A stretch of 64,000 bases of DNA from a virus: positions 1-64,000 of the IMG/VR virus record IMGVR_UViG_3300015371_000016. One strand, given 5' to 3'. The stretch's first letter is position 1. Each line of letters starts with the position of its first letter. Of the stretch, positions 9,963 through 19,809 are shown in pieces. The position numbers were made by a program, and so were the translations under genes. The notes beneath the pieces are model-generated. The model did not search any database, was not told the origin of the DNA, and saw only the letters and a program-made list of their open reading frames with translations.

Positions 9963-11035
9963 CAGCCGGCACCCGTGGCGAATTGCGTGAGGCCGAGCGT
10001 CGTGTTCCACGCCATCGCGTCTGGTTGCCGATAATTTCCCCAGTGATGAATCCGCATGACTTGGAACTTGCCACCAGAGGCAATGCCAACGCTGTTTTTG
10101 TCCACCGGCGCGACTAGTCCGGGTAATGCGCCAGCTTGCGTCTGCACTGCTGCACCCTGCGGAAATTTCACGACACTAAGGACGTTAAGATCGCCACGCA
10201 TCACTAGCTTACACGTGAGCTGCGTCGGTGCGATCCATGTAACCTGCCCGATTAGATCACGAAAGGCGATTTCCTTCTCCACTGCTTCCGAACTGACTTC
10301 CTTCGCCTCGGCCACCAGTAGGTCTTGCCCGGCCACGTAAATATATACACCAGGATCGTCATCGCCGCGGCGCCTGCGCGTCATGGCCTGGACACTCTGC
10401 GCAAGCTGCACGAGCGTCGTGTAGAACCCTGGCATCCAGTCGGTATCGCTTACACGATCATCGCTGATGGTGATCTTACGCTTTAACTCGGACATTGGAC
10501 TGTTTTTGAATGTTTCTTCCAACGCCTCCGAGAGCTTCTGGCCCTTCTGCCAGTTCAGCACAAAGTTGCTCGGCTCGGCCGGCGAACCGACGCCACCAGG
10601 ACCGATCACCAAGTCCAGCGTCATATCAGTGCCGATCCAGTTACCGAAAGCTTGCTGTATCGATGCATCGATCACCAAGCCGCGCTGCGCGTCATTAGCG
10701 AGCGGCAGACCCTTCGTCATGCCGAGGCTGATCTTGAGCTTGTTCGCACCGTTCTTGCCTGGGTTCAAATCCTTTTTGAAGATGTCGGCGAGTGCTAAGC
10801 CGTAGATACGGACATACGAACTAGCGTCGCCCAGATGCATGGCCATCTGTTCGATGTCCAGCTCAATATTCAGTGCTGCCGGGTTGGTGGTGCCATCCGG
10901 GAACAGCGACGTGATAACCCCTACTTCTAGTGCCGCGCTGGGCGATAACGGTAGCGCTGAGGCCGAGCCCTTGAATGAAGCGAACTCGATCGGCGATCCG
11001 TCCGGTCGCTGGAATTCTAATCGGTAGTAGCGCAA
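9962..11035 (-). CDS. Baseplate hub protein
   Basis: MRYYRLE...ALNIELDI...GMTKGLPLAN...AFGNWIGTDMTLDL; synteny. Confidence 0.7.
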   Translation of the reverse strand: MRYYRLEFQRPDGSPIEFASFKGSASALPLSPSAALEVGVITSLFPDGTTNPAALNIELDIEQMAMHLGDASSYVRIYGLALADIFKKDLNPGKNGANKLKISLGMTKGLPLANDAQRGLVIDASIQQAFGNWIGTDMTLDLVIGPGGVGSPAEPSNFVLNWQKGQKLSEALEETFKNSPMSELKRKITISDDRVSDTDWMPGFYTTLVQLAQSVQAMTRRRRGDDDPGVYIYVAGQDLLVAEAKEVSSEAVEKEIAFRDLIGQVTWIAPTQLTCKLVMRGDLNVLSVVKFPQGAAVQTQAGALPGLVAPVDKNSVGIASGGKFQVMRIHHWGNYRQPDAMAWNTTLGLTQFATGAG

Positions 11036-11039
11036 GGAA

Positions 11040-11207
11040 CTACCAGTACCGATATCCGGCTAATGGTCCGAGCAGACCGAACAGCAAAAGCACCAGGACC
11101 ACCAGCAAGATAATGCCAAGCGGATTGACTGCGACATGCCCGGTTTGCCAACCCCAGCCTCCGCCACAGAGTAACAGGATGATCAGGACGATTAGGAGGA
11201 TAGTCAT
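11040..11207 (-). CDS. Small two-TM membrane protein (DUF3309-like), absent from ORF track
   Basis: Own translation: MTILLIVLIILLLCGGGWGWQTGHVAVNPLGIILLVVLVLLLFGLLGPLAGYRYW (55 aa); fills the gap between baseplate genes. Confidence 0.65.
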   Translation of the reverse strand: MTILLIVLIILLLCGGGWGWQTGHVAVNPLGIILLVVLVLLLFGLLGPLAGYRYW

Positions 11208-11476
11208 GGTGACACCTCAAAGACGCGACCGTTATCACGGAACACAAGCGTCGAGGCAGCGAAGTATGCCTCGGTCAAGTTGATGTCGCCGCTATCGGGC
11301 GAGGAAATTAGCGGTATCGTAAAGACCGGCTCATCGTTGCCTGTCTTACACTCCAAAAACCAGCGCTGCCCGAACACATTGAACCAAGCACGCATCTTAT
11401 ACGTGCCGCCATCTAGGTTAACCTGAAAGGTGAAAGCGCGTCCTTCCGGTGGATCAAAGTGAACGAACGTCGTCAC
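11204..11476 (-). CDS. Small baseplate protein
   Basis: FTFQVNLDGGTY...FNVFGQRWFL; translationally coupled. Confidence 0.65.
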   Translation of the reverse strand: MTTFVHFDPPEGRAFTFQVNLDGGTYKMRAWFNVFGQRWFLECKTGNDEPVFTIPLISSPDSGDINLTEAYFAASTLVFRDNGRVFEVSP

Positions 11477-12207
11477 GGACCAGCACCACCCGAGATGATC
11501 GCACCGACGCTGTCTGTTGGTGGCGCAGGACCAGCATTGATGTTGCCCGGCGTCGATTGCCCAAGCACGGCCTGCGGCCCAGACCAGTTTGAGTCAGTGA
11601 CCTCTCCGCCGTTGACTAACCGGCCCATCTTGCCGTTGACCGCTTGCTCCTGCGCTTGGCTGAGATCGACTAAGGGTTGCATGAAGTCGAGCTGCCAAGT
11701 ATGGCCCGATTGCACGCTCTCGCCGCCGGAAATGTCGGTCATGCGCGTCATCACACAGTCAGTGTAGAAGTAGCTCGGCGTCAGGATCGAATAGAGTCCG
11801 CCTTGGGCATTGTGATCGTCCAGTGTGGACTTTAGCAGCATCATCGTGGCGATCTTGGCCGGATAGCCCAGACGATTGCGCACCGGGCAGATCATCCGCA
11901 TCGATACTGTCAGCGGCTGACGAATGATGGCGTTCGCGGCCACGTCCTGATTGGCGAATGGGTAGGTCGCTACCTGATTGTCCACCAGCGTTGAGCCGGG
12001 CATCGGCACGAAGTGCGCAAAGAAGTCGTCGAGGTCGGGCAGCCCACGCTCGGTGATAAATGCCAGAGGCAGATTGATGCCCTCAGTGAGGAACACCATC
12101 GGCAGAACGCTGCCGAGCTTCTGGCCGATGATAGTCGAATTGCCAGTGAGATATATCGGGCTGATCTCGTAAGCGATGCGGAAAGCGACACCAACCGGCG
12201 TGGGCAT
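11473..12207 (-). CDS. Tail tube initiator / baseplate protein
   Basis: FRIAYEISPI...YPFANQDVAANAII; follows the tape measure gene. Confidence 0.65.
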   Translation of the reverse strand: MPTPVGVAFRIAYEISPIYLTGNSTIIGQKLGSVLPMVFLTEGINLPLAFITERGLPDLDDFFAHFVPMPGSTLVDNQVATYPFANQDVAANAIIRQPLTVSMRMICPVRNRLGYPAKIATMMLLKSTLDDHNAQGGLYSILTPSYFYTDCVMTRMTDISGGESVQSGHTWQLDFMQPLVDLSQAQEQAVNGKMGRLVNGGEVTDSNWSGPQAVLGQSTPGNINAGPAPPTDSVGAIISGGAGP

Positions 12208-14378
12208 CAGATAGCTCCACCAGCCAGCCGTGACGTGACTACGAAGTCAGCGCCCATCACCGGGCTGATGCTCACTTGCGTCTGCTGTTTACCCGGTGGA
12301 TGAAACTCTCTGCCGCCCGGTAGCGCACGCTCGACGCGGCCGAGATACTCCTGTCCCTCTGGGCGCAAGTGATCTCGATACTGTCGGCCATACTTCCTGA
12401 CGGCGTCCATCACCGCGCCCTCGCCGGTATTATAGGCAGTGGTCGCTTGGCCCAGGTCGCCTCGGAACATACCCATCAGATCGCGCATATATTCAGCGGC
12501 AGCAGCTATTGATTGCTGAGGATTGCGACGGTCGCGTAGTCCATAGCGTCGCGCCGTGCCCTGCGTGAACTGCATCAGTCCCGTGGCACCTGTCGGCGAT
12601 ACCGCGTTAGGATCGCCGCTGCTCTCCGCCTGCGCCATCTTCTGCAACCAGCCAGATGGTAGGCCGGCATATTCGTTCGCTGCCTCGAATAACTCCTGAT
12701 GCTGATCGATCACGCTATTGTCGTTACTGAACCTGCCGCCGGGCCGGAAGGATGCCATCTGCAAGTAGGGCTGGCGCTCATTATCTTGTTGCGGCGCCTT
12801 CTCTAGTTCTTTTCCTTTGCCTTCGAATCGACCGAAGCCGACGATATCGACCGGTAGCGGGCGCAACGCAAAGACACCGATGCCCTCGCCGCCTTGAGTG
12901 AAGGCGCTCGGCTGGAACAGCGGTCGCGGTGCCCTCCGTCTGAATAGCGGCTCATTCGGATCGATCTGCGGCTCCTGGCCCGGCGTGGACGGAACGAATC
13001 CCTTACCTGGAACGAAGCCTAATCCCTCGCTCGGCTTGGCATCTTCCTTCGACCCGCCGAAGCCCATCATATCGAGAAAGTCTTGCAAGCTCTTGCCGGG
13101 AATAAACTTCCCTTTTCGGGAAGTCGGATCAGGTGCGCCTGATAGGAAAGCTGCACCGAGACCTGCGCCGAGAAATGGATGGCCCATCATTAGGCCAGCT
13201 ATTCCACCCGTTATACCTCCGCCGACCGGTCCGATGGTTTCCTGCGCATCGGCGGCAGGCTTCGCTTCGTCACCCGTTGGGATTAAATGGAGAAAGCGCA
13301 TGGCAGAGACGATCTTGCTCGCCATCGCCTCGACATTATCGATAAATGTCCTGACGGCGGTCTGGAATGACTCGCTGCCGACCGCATCAGAAAACTGCTT
13401 GATATAACCTGCGAGCTTATCGATCGTCCCGGGCGCCGTCAGCTTATCGACGATGGTGTTTGCAAGCGTCGAGAAAGCTTGCACCAGCTTGTCCATGGCC
13501 TCGACGAACTTTGGATCACCGAACCGCTCTGTTAGTGTCCGCTCAATCGCCCGCCCTGCTCTATCAAGCCGAGTGACGAATTCCTGAAGCGCTCCTTCTC
13601 CTTGCTCCGCCGGTCGGAACTGCTGCTGCATCTGACCGAACAGCCCGGTCATCCGCTGCATCTCTTGAGGCGACGCCCGCTGTAGACGCTGGATCACATC
13701 CTGAGGCAGGCCAGGAAAGCGTGCCTCCATCAGTTCAGTCAGGCGCGGCGCCGCTGCCGGATTGGCAGTGATCTCCTGTATTTGCCTCTGAATGAGCGGC
13801 AGAACCTGGGATAGCGCTGATGCGGTATCCTCGTTCTGCATAAGCGGCCGGCCGCGCAACTGACCTAGTATCGACCATGCTGGATTGCGCGAGTCGTTTT
13901 GCACGCCACGCATCCAGCTCATCAGTTGGTTCGGATCACCGAACCGACCGAAAGCCGTCTGTGCTGCGAACATGCCGGAGCTTGTGGTGCCCAGGCCCGC
14001 AGCTTGCTGCCTAGCGGCTGCCGCGTTGCGAGCTAGAGCATTGAAGCCTAGGCCGCCGAAGGCCGTAGCGAGGCCGGTGAGCGCTGCCCCGGCCTTGGTG
14101 ATGGAGGTCGCAATCGAGAGGAACCGCGAGGCTATCTCCCGGACGTTCCGGACGACCTCCCGAGAGTCCTGCCGCATCAGCGCCCAGGCGCGCGTCAGGC
14201 GCTCCGCGTGTGGCGCCGCGCGTTCCTCTGCCGTCTGACCGCCCCGGCCGCCCAGCAGCCCTCCAGCGCCGACGGTGGGCATGGTCCGCGCGAGCTGCTG
14301 CGCCCGCTGTAGTTTGGCCACGTAGCGATCGACCGCAGCATCGTTTACCTGGACATCGATGATCGGCCGAAGCGCCAT
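12207..14378 (-). CDS. Tape measure protein with C-terminal lytic transglycosylase (SLT) domain
   Basis: Helical Ala/Gln-rich body; SLT motifs AESSGDPNAVSPTGATGLMQF and AYNTGEG. Confidence 0.85.
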   Translation of the reverse strand: MALRPIIDVQVNDAAVDRYVAKLQRAQQLARTMPTVGAGGLLGGRGGQTAEERAAPHAERLTRAWALMRQDSREVVRNVREIASRFLSIATSITKAGAALTGLATAFGGLGFNALARNAAAARQQAAGLGTTSSGMFAAQTAFGRFGDPNQLMSWMRGVQNDSRNPAWSILGQLRGRPLMQNEDTASALSQVLPLIQRQIQEITANPAAAPRLTELMEARFPGLPQDVIQRLQRASPQEMQRMTGLFGQMQQQFRPAEQGEGALQEFVTRLDRAGRAIERTLTERFGDPKFVEAMDKLVQAFSTLANTIVDKLTAPGTIDKLAGYIKQFSDAVGSESFQTAVRTFIDNVEAMASKIVSAMRFLHLIPTGDEAKPAADAQETIGPVGGGITGGIAGLMMGHPFLGAGLGAAFLSGAPDPTSRKGKFIPGKSLQDFLDMMGFGGSKEDAKPSEGLGFVPGKGFVPSTPGQEPQIDPNEPLFRRRAPRPLFQPSAFTQGGEGIGVFALRPLPVDIVGFGRFEGKGKELEKAPQQDNERQPYLQMASFRPGGRFSNDNSVIDQHQELFEAANEYAGLPSGWLQKMAQAESSGDPNAVSPTGATGLMQFTQGTARRYGLRDRRNPQQSIAAAAEYMRDLMGMFRGDLGQATTAYNTGEGAVMDAVRKYGRQYRDHLRPEGQEYLGRVERALPGGREFHPPGKQQTQVSISPVMGADFVVTSRLAGGAI

Positions 14379-14426
14379 CTCAGCCTCCTACCCGCGACGC
14401 TCGGATTAGATGGCGCTGGCGGAACT

Positions 14427-15098
14427 CTACTGCGGAATGGAAGGGAAATTCGCCATCGGCGCGTTCAGTGACACACTCGGCGAACCCGTCGTTGGACGCC
14501 CAGTCCAGGATTCCTGCGAGGAGTGAGCCGGGTGCGTCTCGCCAGTACTGGCGGTCGCGGTCGAGGTCGGCAAACCAGCGGCGAACTCCGATAAGTTCCG
14601 CGACGATGTCAAAGCACCCCACAGCGCACCAACGCCGTCGATCAGCTCCCGTCTCTCGCTCCGTCGATTCAGCCGCCAAGCGAGCGTAAAAAAAACCAGG
14701 GCGCCCTCCACCTCGTCCGCATCGTCCTGGTCGAGCAGCCCGTCCTTTTTCGCGTCCTCGTAAGGGATCATCTGCCAACCGGTGGAATGGCCGTTGCTAC
14801 CAGCTCCAGGCGCCACCACGTTGGCCAGCCGGCGTATCTCCGGCATAAGCCCGCGCTCGACACCCATCGGGCCATCCCAGACGCGGAGCTGTTCAGATAC
14901 CGACTTCAGCGCCTTAGCAGCGATCCGTGCACCGAGGACATGCAGTCCCTCGCTGTAGATTTGTGTGAATGCTTTCGAGAGCGGCAGCCAATAGCGATCG
15001 AACGCCTCACGCGAGATCGGCGCGGCATGCACGTGCAACGTTGTGCCGTCGCTGCGGTCAATCTGCATGACAAGATAAAGGGTCTCGTCGATGTGCAT
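14427..15098 (-). CDS. Tail assembly chaperone
   Basis: Lies between tube and tape measure; overlapping alternative frame 14380..14778 and a T8 run. Confidence 0.6.
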   Translation of the reverse strand: MHIDETLYLVMQIDRSDGTTLHVHAAPISREAFDRYWLPLSKAFTQIYSEGLHVLGARIAAKALKSVSEQLRVWDGPMGVERGLMPEIRRLANVVAPGAGSNGHSTGWQMIPYEDAKKDGLLDQDDADEVEGALVFFTLAWRLNRRSERRELIDGVGALWGALTSSRNLSEFAAGLPTSTATASTGETHPAHSSQESWTGRPTTGSPSVSLNAPMANFPSIPQ

Positions 15099-15112
15099 GT
15101 TGCTCCTAGTGC

Positions 15113-15337
15113 CTAGCCCTGGACCACGTCCCTGGTGGCAGTGCTGAAGCGGTCCGTCTGATCAACATTCCTCTCCACCGTCTCTACCGCTTTCCAGTGC
15201 CCTGCGGCCCAGGAAAACCTGATCACGCCGGCCGGTGCATCGCGAAACACCAGCACACCGTGTTCGATCGCCAGGAATTCCGCCTCGACAAGCTGCGTAT
15301 ACGGCGCGCCATCAAAGCTCACTTGCCAGCGTGTCAT
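15113..15337 (-). CDS. Hypothetical protein
   Basis: 74-aa ORF co-oriented with the tail operon. Confidence 0.45.
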   Translation of the reverse strand: MTRWQVSFDGAPYTQLVEAEFLAIEHGVLVFRDAPAGVIRFSWAAGHWKAVETVERNVDQTDRFSTATRDVVQG

Positions 15338-15338
15338 T

Positions 15339-15521
15339 TCATGCCGCCTTCTGCTTCATCGCCTGCGCAAAGTGTTCGTCGCAACAACCGCACTTTGATC
15401 CGTCATCCGTGCGCACATACCACCAGCCTTGATCCATCGACCTCACGCGACCCGATGGATCGACCATGGCGATCGATTCCTTGTCGCAGTCGTCTCCGTC
15501 ACACCGCATGACTAGCGTCAT
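15339..15521 (-). CDS. Small Cys-rich hypothetical protein
   Basis: CDGDDC...CGCC. Confidence 0.45.
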   Translation of the reverse strand: MTLVMRCDGDDCDKESIAMVDPSGRVRSMDQGWWYVRTDDGSKCGCCDEHFAQAMKQKAA

Positions 15522-15870
15522 CAGTCGCGTTCCGACAGGATAAGCGCAATGTATTCGTCCGGTGCGACCGGCCCTTCATGGATTACAGGCTTCGGCGGAC
15601 GCGTCGGCAACTCGGGCGGTGCGTCAAGCAGCGGGAACCAAGGCCCGGAGAGCGAAAAGAACCGCCATCGGTAACCATCCCAGACCCACATTGACGCCTC
15701 ACTGATCCATTAGCGAGAACGGCCAGACACCCAGAAGCATGGACCATAACACGATCACTGGCGCCGCGTGAAATCCGCAGAGCACGAGCAAGCACCAGCT
15801 CATGTGGAAAACGACGCGGCTGTAGAACACCCAACTCGGCGCGGTGTTATCGTATCGCCAATCTTTCATT

Positions 15871-15922
15871 AAAAAAGTCTCCCAGCCCCGTCCCAGGGAG
15901 GGGCAGCGTTGAGGCTGGGAGA
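15871..15922 (-). terminator. Putative intrinsic terminator after the tail tube gene
   Basis: Minus strand TCTCCCAGCC...GGCTGGGAGA stem (large loop) followed by CTTTTTT. Confidence 0.5.
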
Positions 15923-16005
15923 AGGATCTGAGGAAACGTCAAAAAGACGCAATGCCCCGACATCAGCTCGGGACCACACTATCAGCGCATCCGCGCCGAC
16001 CTCAC

Positions 16006-16452
16006 CTAGTCCCACATATTTGCGTTCACGAGGAAATAGCCCCTTATCCGCACCGAGAAGTCCGCGTCGTCGCCCGCGAAGCTCATCTCGTTTACGCCTT
16101 GGATGGCGCAATTGACGATCTGGAACGGATCGATTCCAGTGCCGGTCTGCACGTCCGGTCGCACCGTGCCGTCACCGATCAACGCGTTAGCTTCCATCTG
16201 CCGCTTGTATTGCGAACCCAGCGTCTGTGTGCGAATCAGATGGATCGTGCACGTGATCATCATGTACGGCTCTGGACTGGTGACTGCGCCCGTCATCGTA
16301 TTGATGAATGTCGTGCTGTCGCCGTCGAGCGCGAGAGCTATCCCACGCCTCGATAAGTAGCCGGCCGTCACGTTCAGTGACGCGTTGCTCGGCCAGACGA
16401 TCGAAGCCTTCAGTCGGTTGAGGCTTCCTTGGTTGATCAGTGGGTTTGGAAT
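16006..16452 (-). CDS. Tail tube protein (probable ATT start)
   Basis: GGAGG-CGACC-ATT CCA AAC CCA CTG = (M)PNPLINQGSLNRLKAS...TMTGAVTSPEPY; in-frame TAG just upstream. Confidence 0.7.
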   Translation of the reverse strand: MPNPLINQGSLNRLKASIVWPSNASLNVTAGYLSRRGIALALDGDSTTFINTMTGAVTSPEPYMMITCTIHLIRTQTLGSQYKRQMEANALIGDGTVRPDVQTGTGIDPFQIVNCAIQGVNEMSFAGDDADFSVRIRGYFLVNANMWD

Positions 16453-16590
16453 GGTCGCCTCCTATTTCCGGTGGCCTCATCGTGGGTGTCGGCAGTCCGC
16501 CCACCGAGATCGTCTTACAGCGCCGGCACTGCCAAATGCCGCCTTGGATGTGCACCCAGTCACATAGCCGGAAATGGCACAGCCAACCCA

Positions 16591-18135
16591 TCATGTCGGC
16601 AGAGAGACGCCAACACGAAGGTTCTTGCTGTCGTCCTTCTGCCAGACCGTGACAGTGTAGATCGTCATGGGATTCTCATTGCACGTGCCGATCATCAAGT
16701 GCATGTGCTGACGATCGATGATCGACCACGGTGGATCGCCTGGGTCTTGCGCTTTGTTGCCAGAGACATATGGCGTCCATGTGTAAGTCTGTCCGACTTG
16801 TTGGCGATCGTAGTAATTTTTGATGTAGCCCTGCGAATTGGCGGTCGCGGGCACCCAGAGCCAACCGTACTTGTGTCGGACGCCAAAGTTATTGTTGCTA
16901 GGCAATCTGACAGTGGAGTCCTGGCCGATCACGCCACTATTGAATCGCCAATTAGGATTCTCTGCATCTGACCAGTGGATGATCCCGGCAGAGTATTCGC
17001 GATTGTTGGCCGCCATAAATTCAGCCGCATCGAACTCGATGTGCTGCACCGATGGCCCAGGAGAAACACTGTAGTCGCTGAAGCCACCCTCGACAGCGTC
17101 GCACCACCATGCCGGCCAGCCAGATTGCGGAGGCTCACGATACCCGACGAGCGGGTTTTCGATCAGCATGTCGATCTCGAAGTATCCGCCACCGCCGAAG
17201 CCCACGCCACGGAAGGTCGAATTATGGTTGGTCGCGGTATCGATGTGGCTGTTGTAATGCCAAGAGCCGCCACCGGGTCCGGGATCAGTCACCGATCCAT
17301 CACTGTTCTGTCGCACGCGCTGGCCAGGAATGACGAACCAGTTCTGTCCCAGGGTCACGGCAGGACCATGAGTGCGCCTAGTATAGCCCACAGCCGCCGC
17401 GTAGGAGGGCGGAGCGTCACCAGTGCTCGGCGGTGGCGGAGCTGGAGGCGAAGGAGGCGATGGAGGAGGAGTCGGTGGAACGGTGCCGGTCTGTGCACTG
17501 CTTACGTTGAGTTGCGAAGTCTTGTCGCTTTCACCAGAGGAATTTGTGACGGTCATCGTCACGTTATATTGCGTGTTCGCCTTTAGTTGCGTGATCACCG
17601 GCTGCGGCTGGCCGGGCGCGGAGCGCCACGCGACATTGCCGGTTAATCTGCCGGTCGGCCTGAAACTGTACCACTGATTAGTTTTGTTGACGTGAAAAAC
17701 TTGGCCGTCACAAAGCAAGACGCTGGTCGCATTATAGCCGTCGCCATACGAGCCGTTGACCATTACCGCATCGGGCTGCGGGCCGCCGCTCGGAACGATA
17801 GTCCATACATTCCCAAAGGCGTCGGTCACATTGCCTTTCGCGGGTGAACAGTAAGGCACTGTAGGGCCGATTGACCAGGAACTTGCACTGGCTTCTTTGA
17901 ATTGGACGCGATACTCGCCGAAATCAAGCGCACCACCGCTACTCGGAGGACCGGCAGCAATAGTGATGGTCGAGGAGGTCTGCGCTGGTGAGCTAAGATT
18001 AGTCGGTGCACCTGGACGATTGCCGCCAGATGGAGGTGGAGGTGGCGGCGGTGCGGCAGAGGAGGTCAGTGTGCCTCTAAGCACCGTGCCATCGCTCAGC
18101 GTGACAACCGCCTGTCCTGTCAGCGTCCCTGACAT
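16591..18135 (-). CDS. FN3 + GH16-like protein, paralog of 1006..2781 and of FN3 parts of 2808..6584
   Basis: Near-identical segments NWFVIPGQR...TDPGPG...GFGGGGYFEI...GWPAWW; EFDAAE motif. Confidence 0.7.
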   Translation of the reverse strand: MSGTLTGQAVVTLSDGTVLRGTLTSSAAPPPPPPPSGGNRPGAPTNLSSPAQTSSTITIAAGPPSSGGALDFGEYRVQFKEASASSWSIGPTVPYCSPAKGNVTDAFGNVWTIVPSGGPQPDAVMVNGSYGDGYNATSVLLCDGQVFHVNKTNQWYSFRPTGRLTGNVAWRSAPGQPQPVITQLKANTQYNVTMTVTNSSGESDKTSQLNVSSAQTGTVPPTPPPSPPSPPAPPPPSTGDAPPSYAAAVGYTRRTHGPAVTLGQNWFVIPGQRVRQNSDGSVTDPGPGGGSWHYNSHIDTATNHNSTFRGVGFGGGGYFEIDMLIENPLVGYREPPQSGWPAWWCDAVEGGFSDYSVSPGPSVQHIEFDAAEFMAANNREYSAGIIHWSDAENPNWRFNSGVIGQDSTVRLPSNNNFGVRHKYGWLWVPATANSQGYIKNYYDRQQVGQTYTWTPYVSGNKAQDPGDPPWSIIDRQHMHLMIGTCNENPMTIYTVTVWQKDDSKNLRVGVSLPT

Positions 18136-18149
18136 ACACTAATCCCTTC

Positions 18150-19493
18150 CTAAGCGAGCGCCCCGGTGAGCAACACGACAGTCTCCGATGGCACCGAAAT
18201 TGAGTTGATGTCTGCTTGCGTGCCGCTCTGCGGCGTGGGCGTGGTGCCGCCCTGCTTGCCGATCTCCCACCGAGCCACTTGCCCGGTAGGCTTCTTTCCG
18301 CCCCAGTCGGGAACGACCGTCCGTGCGTTCGACGTATCGTAATTGATCAGCACCATCGCGAAGCGCGATGACTCCGGCTGTGTAGTCCATACCACCAATC
18401 TCGGCAGCGTGGTCGAGCATGCGACCTCTGGGCCGGAGAATTCCCGTCCAAGCTTGCCGAGGATGTAGCCTGAGCAGGAAACCCGGGTCAGGTCGTTATT
18501 AAGCTGGCTATTACCGATCGCACCTTCGGTTTGATAGCGCACGATGTTCTGCATCGCGCACGCATCCACGCCGGTCGTGCTGCGCCACAGCCCGAACAGG
18601 TAGCAGAGCACATATATGCCGCCTGAATACTGCCCGGCTTGATTGACCGTTGTGAGCGCGCCGTTAACCGTCGCCTCGCCCATATTGTAATCGAATGTGC
18701 CTAGCGGGATATGCGCGAGCGTCGAGCCTGAAAGCGCGCTACGCTGCACGAGCGCGTCTGGATTCTGCACGCCCTTCGGCCCGTAGGCGTTGGCGAGATC
18801 GGTGACGTTACCCTGACCGTTGCCCGTGCAGTCATACGAGACCCAGTCCACTCCACCGCAACGCGAGCCGACGCTATTGGCGAAGGTGGCATCGGCGAAC
18901 TGCCCAGGGTCCCATTGCGCCGGCCCCCACACACGGTAGATCGGATTCACCGCATGCAGCGCGTCAGCGACGGCGGTGAAGTATTCGATCACTGTGCTCT
19001 GTGGCCAGCCGGACTCGCGGTCCCATAGCGTGCCGACGTGGAAGTCGAGGATGTTGCTGTGACCGTTCTGGTTCAGCCATCGCGCAAAATTTGCAGCCTG
19101 ACCAGCACGTGTTCCTGCGCCGCCCGTGGGCTTGTGGCAAACACCCATCACCACGCGCACATCTGGTTGGCAGAAGGATTTATAGTTCCCGAGCAGCGCG
19201 TTGATCGTGCCCATGTCGCCGGCTGCATACTTCCAGTCCAATTGCCAATCAGCATTGAACGCGAGGAGCGCCGGCTTCAGGTAAGTGTTGGCGGTATTGC
19301 GGAACGTCTGATTGCTGAAGAACTCGCCGCCATAGGTCGAGCAGCTAAATCCGAATAGAGACTTATTGACCGTCTTGCCGGTGGGTAGTGCGAAGTTTAT
19401 CGTCGTATTGCTCTGCGACGGTTTAGGATCGGCGGCCAGTTCTCCGCTAAGCGTCTGCCCGTTGCTTAGAGTGACGGAGAAAATATTTGGCAT
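18150..19493 (-). CDS. GH39-like barrel protein, paralog of the C-terminal part of 2808..6584
   Basis: TINFALPTGKTVNKSLFGF...RVWGPAQW...RWEIGK...SVPSETVVLLT shared with 2808..6584. Confidence 0.65.
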   Translation of the reverse strand: MPNIFSVTLSNGQTLSGELAADPKPSQSNTTINFALPTGKTVNKSLFGFSCSTYGGEFFSNQTFRNTANTYLKPALLAFNADWQLDWKYAAGDMGTINALLGNYKSFCQPDVRVVMGVCHKPTGGAGTRAGQAANFARWLNQNGHSNILDFHVGTLWDRESGWPQSTVIEYFTAVADALHAVNPIYRVWGPAQWDPGQFADATFANSVGSRCGGVDWVSYDCTGNGQGNVTDLANAYGPKGVQNPDALVQRSALSGSTLAHIPLGTFDYNMGEATVNGALTTVNQAGQYSGGIYVLCYLFGLWRSTTGVDACAMQNIVRYQTEGAIGNSQLNNDLTRVSCSGYILGKLGREFSGPEVACSTTLPRLVVWTTQPESSRFAMVLINYDTSNARTVVPDWGGKKPTGQVARWEIGKQGGTTPTPQSGTQADINSISVPSETVVLLTGALA

Positions 19494-19515
19494 ATCTGAT
19501 CCTTGAGAGGAACAT

Positions 19516-19809
19516 ATGAGCGAGGCCGCACCGCCGACCGTCAGGCAGGTCTACTTCCATTTGAATGCAAAGCATGAGAAGGCGGTCGAGAGCCGACTTA
19601 AAGAAAGATGGCCGGATGTCCAAATTGGATGGACTTATAGTTTGCCCATCTACTTCCTCGTGACGTTCGAAGAGCAGATAGAGCCGTTTGCTCTCCGCGA
19701 CTTCATTGCTGAAATTGCACCAGAAGTTAATTCAGAGATGGGAGCCGTTATCCGTATCGGGAATGGGTTCGTTCAACTTGCCCCTAATCCGGCCACGAGA
19801 CGGCATTAG
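19516..19809 (+). CDS. Hypothetical protein inserted antisense to the tail operon
   Basis: GAGAGGAA RBS; fills the gap exactly. Confidence 0.6.
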   Translation: MSEAAPPTVRQVYFHLNAKHEKAVESRLKERWPDVQIGWTYSLPIYFLVTFEEQIEPFALRDFIAEIAPEVNSEMGAVIRIGNGFVQLAPNPATRRH

